22,789 bases of DNA, taken from Candidatus Thorarchaeota archaeon. GTDB taxonomy: Archaea; Asgardarchaeota; Thorarchaeia; Thorarchaeales; Thorarchaeaceae. The stretch spans positions 1 to 22,789 of the forward strand of contig JBHIAE010000045.1 of the NCBI GenBank assembly GCA_046758445.1. Reading direction: 5' to 3'. Numbering within the stretch: the stretch's first letter is position 1; each line of letters starts with the position of its first letter. The notes under the pieces were generated by a model that had not been told where the DNA came from, ran no database searches, and saw nothing but the letters and a program-made list of their open reading frames with translations. Both the position numbers and the translations under genes were made by a program. Below, piece by piece: positions 1-8,644 of the stretch.

Positions 1-477
1 GAGCTGCTTGGAGGAACGCTCTACTATGCCTTCATGATGGTGGTCATAGGAATCCTCTGGTTCTATGTTCCGGCTGATGGTAACCTAGCCAATGCTACTC
101 CACTGGCACTCATTGTCTTTGGCTGTCTGGCTGGCGGCGACGGTTTCGCTGATGTGATCGGGCGCAAATTTGGTGGTGACAGGAAGTTCGGTATTGGCGG
201 TGCTGAGAAGACACTTGCCGGCGTGATCGGGATGTTCATTGGATCATTCCTATTCAGCTTCATCCTAGTATTCCTGTTCTCGATTGAAGTGACTGCCTTC
301 AGCGTCGTAGATTTGATTCTACCAATTGTGGTTGTGAGTATTGTAGCTACGATTGTAGAGGCAATAACACCCAAGGGCCTTGACAATCTGACCATTTCCA
401 TTGCAGCTATCGTGATGGTGGTGATCCTACCCTATACCGGACTGTTCTGGCCGTATCCACCTTTCAGTCTGTTCTAG
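1..477 (+). CDS. CTP-dependent prenol kinase (dolichol/phytol kinase, SEC59/VTE5-like), 5'-truncated by window edge
   Basis: Frame is open from base 1 (ELLGGTLYYAF..., resembling phytol-kinase ELLxGPLYY). Motifs GDGFADVIGRKFG, KTLAG and GLDNLTI; multiple hydrophobic helices. Confidence 0.8.
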   Translation, partial: ELLGGTLYYAFMMVVIGILWFYVPADGNLANATPLALIVFGCLAGGDGFADVIGRKFGGDRKFGIGGAEKTLAGVIGMFIGSFLFSFILVFLFSIEVTAFSVVDLILPIVVVSIVATIVEAITPKGLDNLTISIAAIVMVVILPYTGLFWPYPPFSLF

Positions 478-482
478 GCTTC

Positions 483-1313
483 GTGGTGTGCTCATTGACC
501 CAAGACCTGACGGTCATCAAGCTTGGCGGCTCACTGCTGACCGACAAGAAGAAGCCCTACACCTATAGGAAGAAGGTTCTGGAGTCAGTGGCTCGTGAGA
601 TTGGAGAATGTCTTGAGGAGGGCCTGATTCAGTCTTTGATACTGATGCACGGCGTCGGTTCGTATGGCCATCCGCCCGTTCTTGAACACAATCTCCACAA
701 GGGCTTCCTGGGTCCAGAGCAACTTCTACCACTTTCAAGGACGCAGGAGAGTGTCGCCGAACTCCGTCATATCATTGTTAGAGAGCTTCAGAACGCCGGA
801 ATTCCCGTGTGTCTGATGTATCCATCATCGATGATAGTTTCTGAGAAGATGAGGATGACGAACTACTTTCTGGAGCCCCTGAAGGGTTTTGCCTCAGTAG
901 GGATGGTTCCCCTATTGGGTGGCGACATCCTCATCGATTCTGCTATGGGCTGGAGTGTTGGAAGTGGAGACCAACTAGCAGTTATCATCTCAAAGGAGTT
1001 AGGAGCCAAGAGGTTGATCTTTGCATCTGATGTGGCGGGCATCTACGAAGAAGATCCCAAGATCACTCCAGACGCCTCACTCATTGAGAAAGTCAACCTC
1101 AATGAATTGGAGGTGACTCTAGAGAGAATGGGTAAGTCTGGAGCTGTTGATGCGAGTGGAGCAATGAAAGGCAAACTTAGCTCCATTGCACCAGCTAAGT
1201 CGCAGATTGAGAAAGGCCTGGAAGTGGGACTGCTCTCTATGATGGAATACGGCAATCTGAAGGCGTTCTTGAAAGGAGAACAAGTTCCCTCGACGCGTGT
1301 TGTTGTTGAGTAG
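483..1313 (+). CDS. ipk: Isopentenyl phosphate kinase (amino-acid kinase fold)
   Basis: VIKLGGSLLTDK, HGVGSYGHP with the IPK-diagnostic His, SGDQL, SDVAGIY, DASGAMKGK. Confidence 0.88.
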   Translation: MVCSLTQDLTVIKLGGSLLTDKKKPYTYRKKVLESVAREIGECLEEGLIQSLILMHGVGSYGHPPVLEHNLHKGFLGPEQLLPLSRTQESVAELRHIIVRELQNAGIPVCLMYPSSMIVSEKMRMTNYFLEPLKGFASVGMVPLLGGDILIDSAMGWSVGSGDQLAVIISKELGAKRLIFASDVAGIYEEDPKITPDASLIEKVNLNELEVTLERMGKSGAVDASGAMKGKLSSIAPAKSQIEKGLEVGLLSMMEYGNLKAFLKGEQVPSTRVVVE

Positions 1314-1329
1314 AAGCGTATCTGGGGCC

Positions 1330-2559
1330 CTAAGTCCCAGGACGCTCTTTTCTTTCAATCTGGCTAAAGTAGATTTCTAGCAGCTTTCTCGTGTGTTCTC
1401 TGAGATCATACCGGTCCTCAGCCGTTCTTCTTGCGTTCTTTCCAAGTCTTGTCTGCAATTCCACGTCCGAAAGAAGCGCTTTGACAGCATAGACCAGTTC
1501 GTTGACATTTCCAGGGCTTACCATAAGGCCGTCGTGCTGGTGTGTGACAATCTCAGCTGGGCCATAGACATCTGTTGTTATCACTGGAACTCCGCAGGCC
1601 ATGGCCTCTATGATTGAGAGTCCGAACGGCTCTCTCCTTGAAGGATAAAGGAAGACTCTACTCTTGTTGATCAATTCTGGAACCCTCTCAGTTTCCACTA
1701 CGCCCAGATACTCAACCATACCTGAAACTCCCGCTTCGTCAAATTCCTCGAACAGTGTTGTCCTGTAAGATCCATCTCCTGTCATCAACATCTTGAGATC
1801 TGGGAAGAACTCTCTGAGTCGATAGAGCATCTCGGGGAACAGATCAACGGCCTTCATAGTTTCCAGCCGACCTAGAAAGGCTATGTCCCACTGTTTCTCG
1901 ATTTTGTATTGAGGACTGAAGACAGAGAGGTCTACTGCATTCTGGAGCGTAACTACCCTATCAGCTAGATTCCTAGGAGATAGATGCTCTCTCAGACTTT
2001 CTGCTACATTCTCACTCACAGCGAGAACCAAGTCAAAGGGCATATGCGACACAAACTGCTCAAAATCAGTGGTGTTGATTCCATTTGGAAGGACAAGCGG
2101 CTTGGGCAGACCGTGGATGGATACAACTGCTGGAATGCTCTCAAACTCCGGTTGAAACTGGAGAACCTCTAATACCCGATTGAAAACGACATAGGTGCTG
2201 TGGGCATGTATCACATCTGGCTTGACGCTACGCAGTAGCCTACCTAGTTGTTCTACCAACATTGACACAGCTTCATCCAAATCCTTTGGCATGAACAACC
2301 GTTCAGCGGCTTCGTGCCTCTCGTCCTCAGGCAATGCGTAGAACTCCCACTTGCGGGCCTCCAACAGATTGCCGGGTAGATGAAAGAGCTTGTAGTACGA
2401 ACGAACCACTGTGTCCGGGGAATCACGAGCGGGTGACTGAGTGACTACTAGTGACTCATGGCCTCGAGAAACGAGTTCCGCTGATAGGTAATGTAGTATC
2501 GCCTCATATCCACCAAGACCGGCAGGATTAAGGCTGTCACAGAGATGCAGGATTCTCAT
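1330..2559 (-). CDS. Glycosyltransferase family 4 (GT-B)
   Basis: N-terminal MRILHL...GGYE, PDVIHAH, FLGRL...K, and the E-x7-E motif EPFGLSIIEAMACGVPVI. Confidence 0.9.
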   Translation of the reverse strand: MRILHLCDSLNPAGLGGYEAILHYLSAELVSRGHESLVVTQSPARDSPDTVVRSYYKLFHLPGNLLEARKWEFYALPEDERHEAAERLFMPKDLDEAVSMLVEQLGRLLRSVKPDVIHAHSTYVVFNRVLEVLQFQPEFESIPAVVSIHGLPKPLVLPNGINTTDFEQFVSHMPFDLVLAVSENVAESLREHLSPRNLADRVVTLQNAVDLSVFSPQYKIEKQWDIAFLGRLETMKAVDLFPEMLYRLREFFPDLKMLMTGDGSYRTTLFEEFDEAGVSGMVEYLGVVETERVPELINKSRVFLYPSRREPFGLSIIEAMACGVPVITTDVYGPAEIVTHQHDGLMVSPGNVNELVYAVKALLSDVELQTRLGKNARRTAEDRYDLREHTRKLLEIYFSQIERKERPGT

Positions 2560-2633
2560 TCGAAGCTCCTGTCGTCAGTACCTGAGGCACCTAATCTATC
2601 TAGCTCAAGAGTGCCAACACGAGGCGTTAGAAC

Positions 2634-3707
2634 TTGAATCATCCTGCGCTGGTCGACCTACCGGACAACCTACGAGACCGTGATGTGTTCCATGACAAGG
2701 CAGGAAGAGTCTACGTCGCCCTAGGATACATCCAGCCCAAGGATCGAATTCTCTCATTCATCAAGTATGTGCCAGATGTAGAAGGCACATGGCAGGCTGA
2801 TGGTGTTAGATACACCAGGGTGTTCTGGGGCGGTGGGGTTTCAGCGACAAAAGGCATGGAGATAGTCCGCTCTGACTACCTAGTTCACGACGAACACTTT
2901 GGAACAGAACTCCTCGAGGTTCCGAGGGATGATGTCGCAAAATACTTCAGTCCAGAGCTCAGACTGAAGGAGATCATCGAAAAGGGTCAGAATGACAGAC
3001 TGGAGGGGGTTGTGGCACGAATGGCCACGACACTTCATGAGAGTCTGGAGATTCCTCTAGAGATGCTTGGAGTCACTGGGAGCATAGTCTGGAAGGCCCA
3101 TGATCCAAGCTATTCAGACATAAACATGAACATCTATGGGTTCGAAACCTCATGGCATCTTCAAGAAGGGTACGACAAGGTCGCAGAACTCAATGATCAC
3201 ATGCGTTTGCGTCAGATGTCGGAGTGGGAGAGGACCATGTCCAGGGTCGTAGAGCGAATCCCAGTGCTGCCTATAGATGACATGAGAAGGCTATTCACCA
3301 GGCGTAAGGGCCTCTATTGCGACGACCTAAGTATAGGTGTCATGCCAATTCTCCTTCCCGACGAAGCTCCAATCACACATGGCAGTGAGTCATACACCAC
3401 TGTGACACCTGCGCCTGTCCGTGTCGAAATGGAGATCACTGGTGACCAATACGGTCTGTTTCTCCCTGCTCTCTACGAGGGTCAGTCTAAAGCTCTCGAT
3501 GTCATCGGTGGCGAGCATGTTTCCAGGATAATGGTATATGAAGGCTCATTCAGGGGGCTCATCCAGCATGGGGACACTGTGGAGGTATCGGGCATCATTC
3601 AGAGAGTCACTCCCAAGGCCCCGAAAGACGAAGTCTTCTATCAACTGATGGTCGGTTCGAAGGTAGGAGCCGGTAGAGAGTTCATTCGACTCATCAGCGA
3701 GAACTAG
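2634..3707 (+). CDS. COG1665-like Pol-beta-superfamily nucleotidyltransferase (degenerate DxD)
   Basis: N-terminal LRDRD; GVTGSIVW...SDINMNIYG; C-terminal beta-rich (OB-like) segment ...VEVSGIIQRV. Co-linear with the 3704..4783 protein. Confidence 0.75.
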   Translation: MNHPALVDLPDNLRDRDVFHDKAGRVYVALGYIQPKDRILSFIKYVPDVEGTWQADGVRYTRVFWGGGVSATKGMEIVRSDYLVHDEHFGTELLEVPRDDVAKYFSPELRLKEIIEKGQNDRLEGVVARMATTLHESLEIPLEMLGVTGSIVWKAHDPSYSDINMNIYGFETSWHLQEGYDKVAELNDHMRLRQMSEWERTMSRVVERIPVLPIDDMRRLFTRRKGLYCDDLSIGVMPILLPDEAPITHGSESYTTVTPAPVRVEMEITGDQYGLFLPALYEGQSKALDVIGGEHVSRIMVYEGSFRGLIQHGDTVEVSGIIQRVTPKAPKDEVFYQLMVGSKVGAGREFIRLISEN

Positions 3708-4783
3708 AATTCAACTGCGCCTAGCGTCTTAATGACATTGGCCTCCCACCCAGGGACGTAGCTTATCGCTATCTGATCATACTCCGTTCTTCTTCGTTCC
3801 ACATGCTCAAGGACGCCTGAAACCAGTACTTCTTCATCCTTGAAGGCCATCATTCGGAATTGTTCGATGTAGTTGAGAACTCTTGACGGTGATGCACTCG
3901 TATCGCCATCCAGCACTTCGAGGGTCTCAATCCCATACTCACTTGGCATGTAATAACCATCGTCATGATCTGTGATCCTCGCCCTGACAGTGATTCGATC
4001 TCCCGGAGTCATTGCTGCATCCTCGGCCAAGTTGTCTATCTCATTAAATCTACGAATGGGCTCAAACTCTACCTTGAGAAATGGCTGACGTGCACCCGGG
4101 AGTATTCCGTAGATGCCTTTCCGACGATGGTGGGCAATGATCTCCTCCCGCGTTATCGCAGTAAAAGGCGAGGGCTTCTCTAGGAACTGTTCCACCTCGA
4201 CGATGAACTCATTGGCTAGATATCCATCGGGTTCATCATACCATTCAAGCAGATATGATCGAAGCCTCTCGTACGTCTTCTTCCCGAAAACAGTGATGTC
4301 TAAATCAGAGAACTGCGGATGGTAGATTCCGGCAAGAAGGCTACCGAATATCCCAAGATCAGACTCTCTGATTGGTGTATTGTCTTTGAGATAGTCTATG
4401 AGCTCGACCAGCAGGTTTGCCAGGAGATCATCCGGTGGAGAGGCAAGCATCTCTTTCAGACTTCTATCGCTTCTAAGCTCTCTCTTGATGTCAGGATGTT
4501 TCACTCCGACAAGAGTGGTATCAAGAGGAGGATAATGAACTTGAAACTGAGGATATCTTTCGTTCACAAATTCGACACCTTCAGATCCGTAGAACTTGCA
4601 GTAGCCCTTCCTTCGTATCCTTCGTTCCAACAGAGTATCGGACTTGAAGATGTACATGGGTACGTACTCAGGATCGCAGACATATCCTGCATTAGGATGC
4701 CAGTAGCCATAGACACGAAAGAAGATACCTGGTTCGGTAAGTATCAAATCGCGGTCTCTGAGAGTAGTAGATTGTTCAGGCAT
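3704..4783 (-). CDS. COG1665-like Pol-beta-superfamily nucleotidyltransferase
   Basis: LRDRD; GIFGSLLAG...SDLDITVFG (intact GS-DxD); C-terminal VRARITD...VLVSGVLEHV. Confidence 0.8.
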   Translation of the reverse strand: MPEQSTTLRDRDLILTEPGIFFRVYGYWHPNAGYVCDPEYVPMYIFKSDTLLERRIRRKGYCKFYGSEGVEFVNERYPQFQVHYPPLDTTLVGVKHPDIKRELRSDRSLKEMLASPPDDLLANLLVELIDYLKDNTPIRESDLGIFGSLLAGIYHPQFSDLDITVFGKKTYERLRSYLLEWYDEPDGYLANEFIVEVEQFLEKPSPFTAITREEIIAHHRRKGIYGILPGARQPFLKVEFEPIRRFNEIDNLAEDAAMTPGDRITVRARITDHDDGYYMPSEYGIETLEVLDGDTSASPSRVLNYIEQFRMMAFKDEEVLVSGVLEHVERRRTEYDQIAISYVPGWEANVIKTLGAVEF

Positions 4784-4790
4784 TATCGCA

Positions 4791-4896
4791 ACCGTTCATT
4801 GTTAGTTGGACAATCTTGGACACCGAAGCACTGCCCACCCAGGAAACGGCACTGGGCTCGACTCCGTGAGGTATGTTCTGTGTCAGGTCGACCTCA
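4791..4896 (-). ncRNA. Candidate structured RNA, copy A (unassigned family; possibly the leader of the nucleotidyltransferase gene)
   Basis: Stems TGAGG/CCTCA, CGGAGT/GCTTCG and GCCCAG/CTGGGT covary with copy B. G-U pairs form only on the minus strand. TATA-like box lies 28 nt upstream. Confidence 0.65.
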
Positions 4897-4917
4897 CTGA
4901 GATGTCCTGGGCTTGAG

Positions 4918-4928
4918 CATATAAGCAC
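4918..4928 (-). promoter_or_regulatory. TATA-like box GTGCTTATATG for copy A
   Basis: Conserved with GTGCTTTTATA at 9833-9843. The first T is 28 nt from TGAGG in both copies. Confidence 0.55.
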
Positions 4929-5048
4929 CTGTACAACTTTGTCCAAGCTTTTGGCAGCTGTTAGCAACCCTGTCCGTCGAGATATGCCATTCAAGCCCGA
5001 TGATAATCTTTCCTTTCAACAACCAGACTCATTAGGAAATACAACCTA

Positions 5049-6119
5049 ATGGTACCCGTGTCGTCCGGAAGGTCGTATGTGAAAACGAAGGCCGGCGATG
5101 GCGAGAGGGCTAGAAGAGCCCTCCTTGAGGCCAAACTCCTAGATACAGAGTACAAGATAGTGGACGAGGCCCAGGACCTGTATTTTCCACTATCGAGGAA
5201 GGTAACCAAGGCCAAACTGAAGAAGATTCTTGATGACATAGACTTTGAAACCGGCAAGAGAGAGTTTGTGTCAGCGAGTATTGGCCCAAAGACGCTTTCC
5301 GATGCCCTTGAGGGACTACTGCCTGACGACCTACACGAGTATCTGCCGAGAGCCTATGACCTCATTGGAGATATCGCTGTACTTGAGATACCCGATGAGC
5401 TTGTTGACTTCGGCAGACAGATTGGTTCAGCCTTTCAGTCACTGCACAAGAACTTCTCAACAGTCTTAGGCAAGAGGGGAGCAATCTCGGGGACGACGAG
5501 AGTACGCCAATACGACCTTCTGGCAGGTCAGAGAAAGACCAAGACTATACACACGGAGTATGGCTGCAATATTGCAGTTGACATGGCAAAGGCGTACTTC
5601 AGCCCGAGGCTCCTTGAGGAGCACAATAGGATAGCAGACCTCGTCGTCGATGACGAAACAGTAGTTGATATGTTCACAGGTGTGGGTCCGTTCGCCCTTC
5701 ATATTGCAAGGCGACACAGGGCTAAGGTCTATGCCATTGACGTCAACCCAGATGCAATTGACCTGCTCAGAGAGAGCATGGAGCTCAATCGATTCATCGG
5801 AGAAATCATCCCTATTCTTGGAGATGCACATGATTATGTTCAGAGCAGTTTCGATGGTGATGTCGATCGTGTGATAATGAACCATCCGGCTGGGGCCTTT
5901 GAATTCGTCAAGGATGCCTGCAGGGCTCTGAGGGTGGGAGGGATCATGCATTACTATGATTTTGCAGGCGGGGATGACCCAGAGAGCAGCTTTCAGAAGA
6001 AGATTGAGGGCCTTGTGAGTGAAACTGGCAGAGGAGTCGAAACTGTTCAATTAGTTCGAAGGGTTCGTGATAGCGCTCCCTACGAATACCAGATGGTTGC
6101 AGATCTAGTCATTCGCTGA
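5049..6119 (+). CDS. trm5: tRNA (guanine37-N1) methyltransferase, Trm5 family
   Basis: YDLIGDIAV, HTEYGC, YFSPRL, DMFTGVGPF, IDVNPDA, RVIMNHP; N-terminal D1 domain present. Confidence 0.88.
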   Translation: MVPVSSGRSYVKTKAGDGERARRALLEAKLLDTEYKIVDEAQDLYFPLSRKVTKAKLKKILDDIDFETGKREFVSASIGPKTLSDALEGLLPDDLHEYLPRAYDLIGDIAVLEIPDELVDFGRQIGSAFQSLHKNFSTVLGKRGAISGTTRVRQYDLLAGQRKTKTIHTEYGCNIAVDMAKAYFSPRLLEEHNRIADLVVDDETVVDMFTGVGPFALHIARRHRAKVYAIDVNPDAIDLLRESMELNRFIGEIIPILGDAHDYVQSSFDGDVDRVIMNHPAGAFEFVKDACRALRVGGIMHYYDFAGGDDPESSFQKKIEGLVSETGRGVETVQLVRRVRDSAPYEYQMVADLVIR

Positions 6120-6534
6120 CGAAGAGGAGCACACACTCGATTACAGCGTCTGGATTCTTCAGTTTCTCTATGAAAGAGCGATCCAGGTCTGAAGCAGCCT
6201 TGTCAGCCTGGACCATCAACGTTCGTCCACACACAAAGGAGCTCTTCCGAGCTACCATACTGACAGGGTCTGAGTACGTGAGTCTTGGGTCACCTCGTCC
6301 CCTGATTTCTTCTGTTTTCTCCTCCACAGTAAGCCTCAGAGCAATGCTTGTCTTCTGGGATGCAGCAAGTGCCTTTATGGTAGAGTTCAGGGCCGCCAAT
6401 GTCTGCTCTGCTCGAACGCCGACAATACATGTACCTCTCCTAGTGAGACTAGCCTCTGATGTGATTTCAACGGTATTCCCATGTTCGCCGATGACATTCT
6501 CGTGGCCGAATGCTCTGAAATGCACTGTGTGCAT
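6109..6534 (-). CDS. DUF371 family protein
   Basis: GHENV..H..T.EIT....LT.RG.CIVGV, MVARKSSFVCGRTL and ADKAASDLDR match the DUF371 pattern. Confidence 0.85.
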   Translation of the reverse strand: MHTVHFRAFGHENVIGEHGNTVEITSEASLTRRGTCIVGVRAEQTLAALNSTIKALAASQKTSIALRLTVEEKTEEIRGRGDPRLTYSDPVSMVARKSSFVCGRTLMVQADKAASDLDRSFIEKLKNPDAVIECVLLFVSE

Positions 6535-6593
6535 GATTCTTGCATTGCGCTCAACGCTTTTATCAATGCATGTCTTCTTCTCCGATGATTGTG

Positions 6594-7277
6594 ATGCGTG
6601 ACAGCTCCTTCGAGAGGCAGATTGAAACCCTTGCTCAGAGTCTACGCCGAAGAGGATATCTCAGGAGCGAGAGTGTTGAGCGAGCGCTCAGAACGGTCCC
6701 CAGAGAGGAGTTTGTGTTGCCAGGGTCCCGAAAACAGGCATATCGAGATTCACCATTATCTATAGGTCTTGGCCAGACCATATCGGCTCCCCATATGTGC
6801 GTCATAATGTGCGAAGGATTAAGGCTTGAGGAGGGACACACAGTTCTAGAGGTCGGTGCTGGGTCGGGCTACCATGCTGCTCTATGTGCCGAGGTTGTCG
6901 CACCGAAGGGGTCGTCCAATCCTGGTCATGTGTATACGATTGAGATAGTCAAAGGACTGATTGACTTTGCAGAAGAGAATCTCAAAAGGTCTGGTTATGC
7001 CGACAGAGTGACTGTGATACATGGTGATGGCGGAAAAGGGCTTCCCGAGCACGCTCCCTTTGACAGAATGCTTGTTGCTGCTGCTGCCCCCGATATACCT
7101 CCTCCGTTGGTCAATCAGCTTAAGCCAGGCGGAATCCTTCTGATTCCTGTAGGGTCCCGAGGCTTCTATCAAGAGCTGATGATGGTCGAAAAGGACCAAG
7201 ACTCCAACGTGACGAAGAGACGTTGGGGCGGTGTGGCGTTTGTACCGCTGACGGGCGAATATGGTCACGGTCGTTGA
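6594..7277 (+). CDS. pcm: Protein-L-isoaspartate O-methyltransferase
   Basis: VPREEF, AYRDSPL.IG.GQTISAPHM, VLEVGAGSGY, APFDRM, QLKPGG.L.IPVG, VAFVPL. Start moved from 6540 to ATG 6594 (6585 also possible). Confidence 0.93.
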   Translation: MRDSSFERQIETLAQSLRRRGYLRSESVERALRTVPREEFVLPGSRKQAYRDSPLSIGLGQTISAPHMCVIMCEGLRLEEGHTVLEVGAGSGYHAALCAEVVAPKGSSNPGHVYTIEIVKGLIDFAEENLKRSGYADRVTVIHGDGGKGLPEHAPFDRMLVAAAAPDIPPPLVNQLKPGGILLIPVGSRGFYQELMMVEKDQDSNVTKRRWGGVAFVPLTGEYGHGR

Positions 7278-7984
7278 GCTTCGCTGAACACGTGCAGAGG
7301 CATTACGGAGAGCCTTACAGTATCGTTGTCCTTCAGCTTGAGCTTGGTTCTTAGATTGAAGGGCGATATGACCTCCAGAATATCCTGTCCATGGTGGGTC
7401 CGTTGGGCGATGACTACAGCACCATCCACCTCTCCATTCACCTTTACGCGATAGCAGACAACATCTCCAAATGTTCGTCCTTCGAGAGTGAAGCCTGTGA
7501 CAATTAGAGGAGGAGTCTGTTTCATTCTGTTGATTGCAGTCCGTGAGTTCTCGTCGACTATCTTCACGTTGAGCGTGCCAGAGAATGGCTCAAAACCAAG
7601 GCCCTTCTTGAATCTTGATGAGTACACCTCCACGTAATATGCTCCCTCACCAAGACCATCTATCACACGCCCTTCTATGACAATCTCCTCTTCACGAGGC
7701 GCGAGAGCGAACTCCAGACCTGTCATCACTTCGCTGAGCTCTTTGACGCCCTTCTTTGTCAGCTGAATCAGCATGCCACTGACAGTGTGCACCTTGGTCA
7801 CATATCCCTCCTCGGCACAGAATGAGATTCTACGAGATGCAGTCTGTTGGCTAACACCAAGCATCTCTCCCAGTTTCTGTGTAGTCAGGATAGCTCTACT
7901 GTGGATTGCCCCCTCCCTAGCCAAAACGTAGAGTGTGAACCAAACATCAGGTGCTATCATGACAGTCAGTTCTCCAAGCTCCAC
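7265..7984 (-). CDS. ribK: CTP-dependent riboflavin kinase with N-terminal winged HTH (RbkR type)
   Basis: HTH LGEMLGVSQQTASRRI; kinase motifs GLGEGAYYV, PFSGTLN, RTHH, LEVISPFNLR. Confidence 0.92.
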   Translation of the reverse strand: MELGELTVMIAPDVWFTLYVLAREGAIHSRAILTTQKLGEMLGVSQQTASRRISFCAEEGYVTKVHTVSGMLIQLTKKGVKELSEVMTGLEFALAPREEEIVIEGRVIDGLGEGAYYVEVYSSRFKKGLGFEPFSGTLNVKIVDENSRTAINRMKQTPPLIVTGFTLEGRTFGDVVCYRVKVNGEVDGAVVIAQRTHHGQDILEVISPFNLRTKLKLKDNDTVRLSVMPLHVFSEAQRP

Positions 7985-7988
7985 CCAT

Positions 7989-8639
7989 TTATCGATTACC
8001 GCTCATTCGGTCTTCAAGACCTCTCAGCTCCCTCACGAGCTTCTCTTGCTGTATTGCTGACGTGATGCTTCCACGTGTCCGTTCGATAATTGATCTTGCA
8101 ACATCACACTTCCTTCTGAGGTCAGGTATCAGAGCATTTGGAAAGTCAAACGTCTGAATCTCATCGAAGATCTCCTCCATGAACCCCAGTAGAGTGACCG
8201 CGCGGTCGACCTTTTCTTGCCTAATCGAATCAAGCACGGCTCTCCTAAGCTCTCCCACCGTGTCAGCGAGACCAGTCAGATATGCTCTGGCTGGAATATC
8301 ATATTGCTGAGGAAGTGTGAAGACACCATCCTTCAGCAGAGACAGTAGGTTAGAGGCCTCAGCCAACTCCTGAAAAGCAACATCAAGACTCCTTGAACGG
8401 GACATGAAATCGCTGGCCTTCATCTCGGTCAGAGCATTCTGGATGATGTCCCGAGCCTCAGACAGTAGCTGAGAGGCCATCTCAAAGTTACCTCTATGGG
8501 TTTCCTTTATTGACTCACTGCACCGTCTCACCGCTGACCTTGATAACGGAAGTGTCTTCTCGCGGACTACGTCATCAGACTCGATTTCGGTTCTCAGAGG
8601 TTCAAGTATCTCAGATAGCTTCATGGCTGTCGCCATCAC
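7989..8639 (-). CDS. Translin/TRAX-family (archaeal C3PO-like) RNase
   Basis: D.VRE...LSR, FQELAEA, YLTGLADTVGELRR, LRRKCDVARSIIERT. Confidence 0.85.
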   Translation of the reverse strand: MMATAMKLSEILEPLRTEIESDDVVREKTLPLSRSAVRRCSESIKETHRGNFEMASQLLSEARDIIQNALTEMKASDFMSRSRSLDVAFQELAEASNLLSLLKDGVFTLPQQYDIPARAYLTGLADTVGELRRAVLDSIRQEKVDRAVTLLGFMEEIFDEIQTFDFPNALIPDLRRKCDVARSIIERTRGSITSAIQQEKLVRELRGLEDRMSGNR

Positions 8640-8644
8640 CTCGT

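Larger units (their letters stand above)
4791..4977 (-). repeat. Copy A of a duplicated non-coding element (inverted relative to 9746..9970)
   Basis: The reverse complement aligns with 9746-9970 from ACGGA.AGGGT through AACGGT. Copy B has ~41 extra nt upstream of the TATA box. Confidence 0.9.

Noticed and set aside
4791-4977. Duplicated element as a simple MITE
   Set aside because: Homology extends beyond the 18-bp inverted motifs on both sides, no target-site duplication is evident and no transposase is present. Not fully excluded without a genome-wide copy count.
4776-4994. 72-aa ORF sharing VSK.VQLT.NG with the 65-aa ORF at 9806..10003, suggesting a small-protein family
   Set aside because: Similarity is at the DNA level. 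Single-base indels shift the frames, so only the last segment is in a common frame, and substitutions follow base pairing rather than codons.
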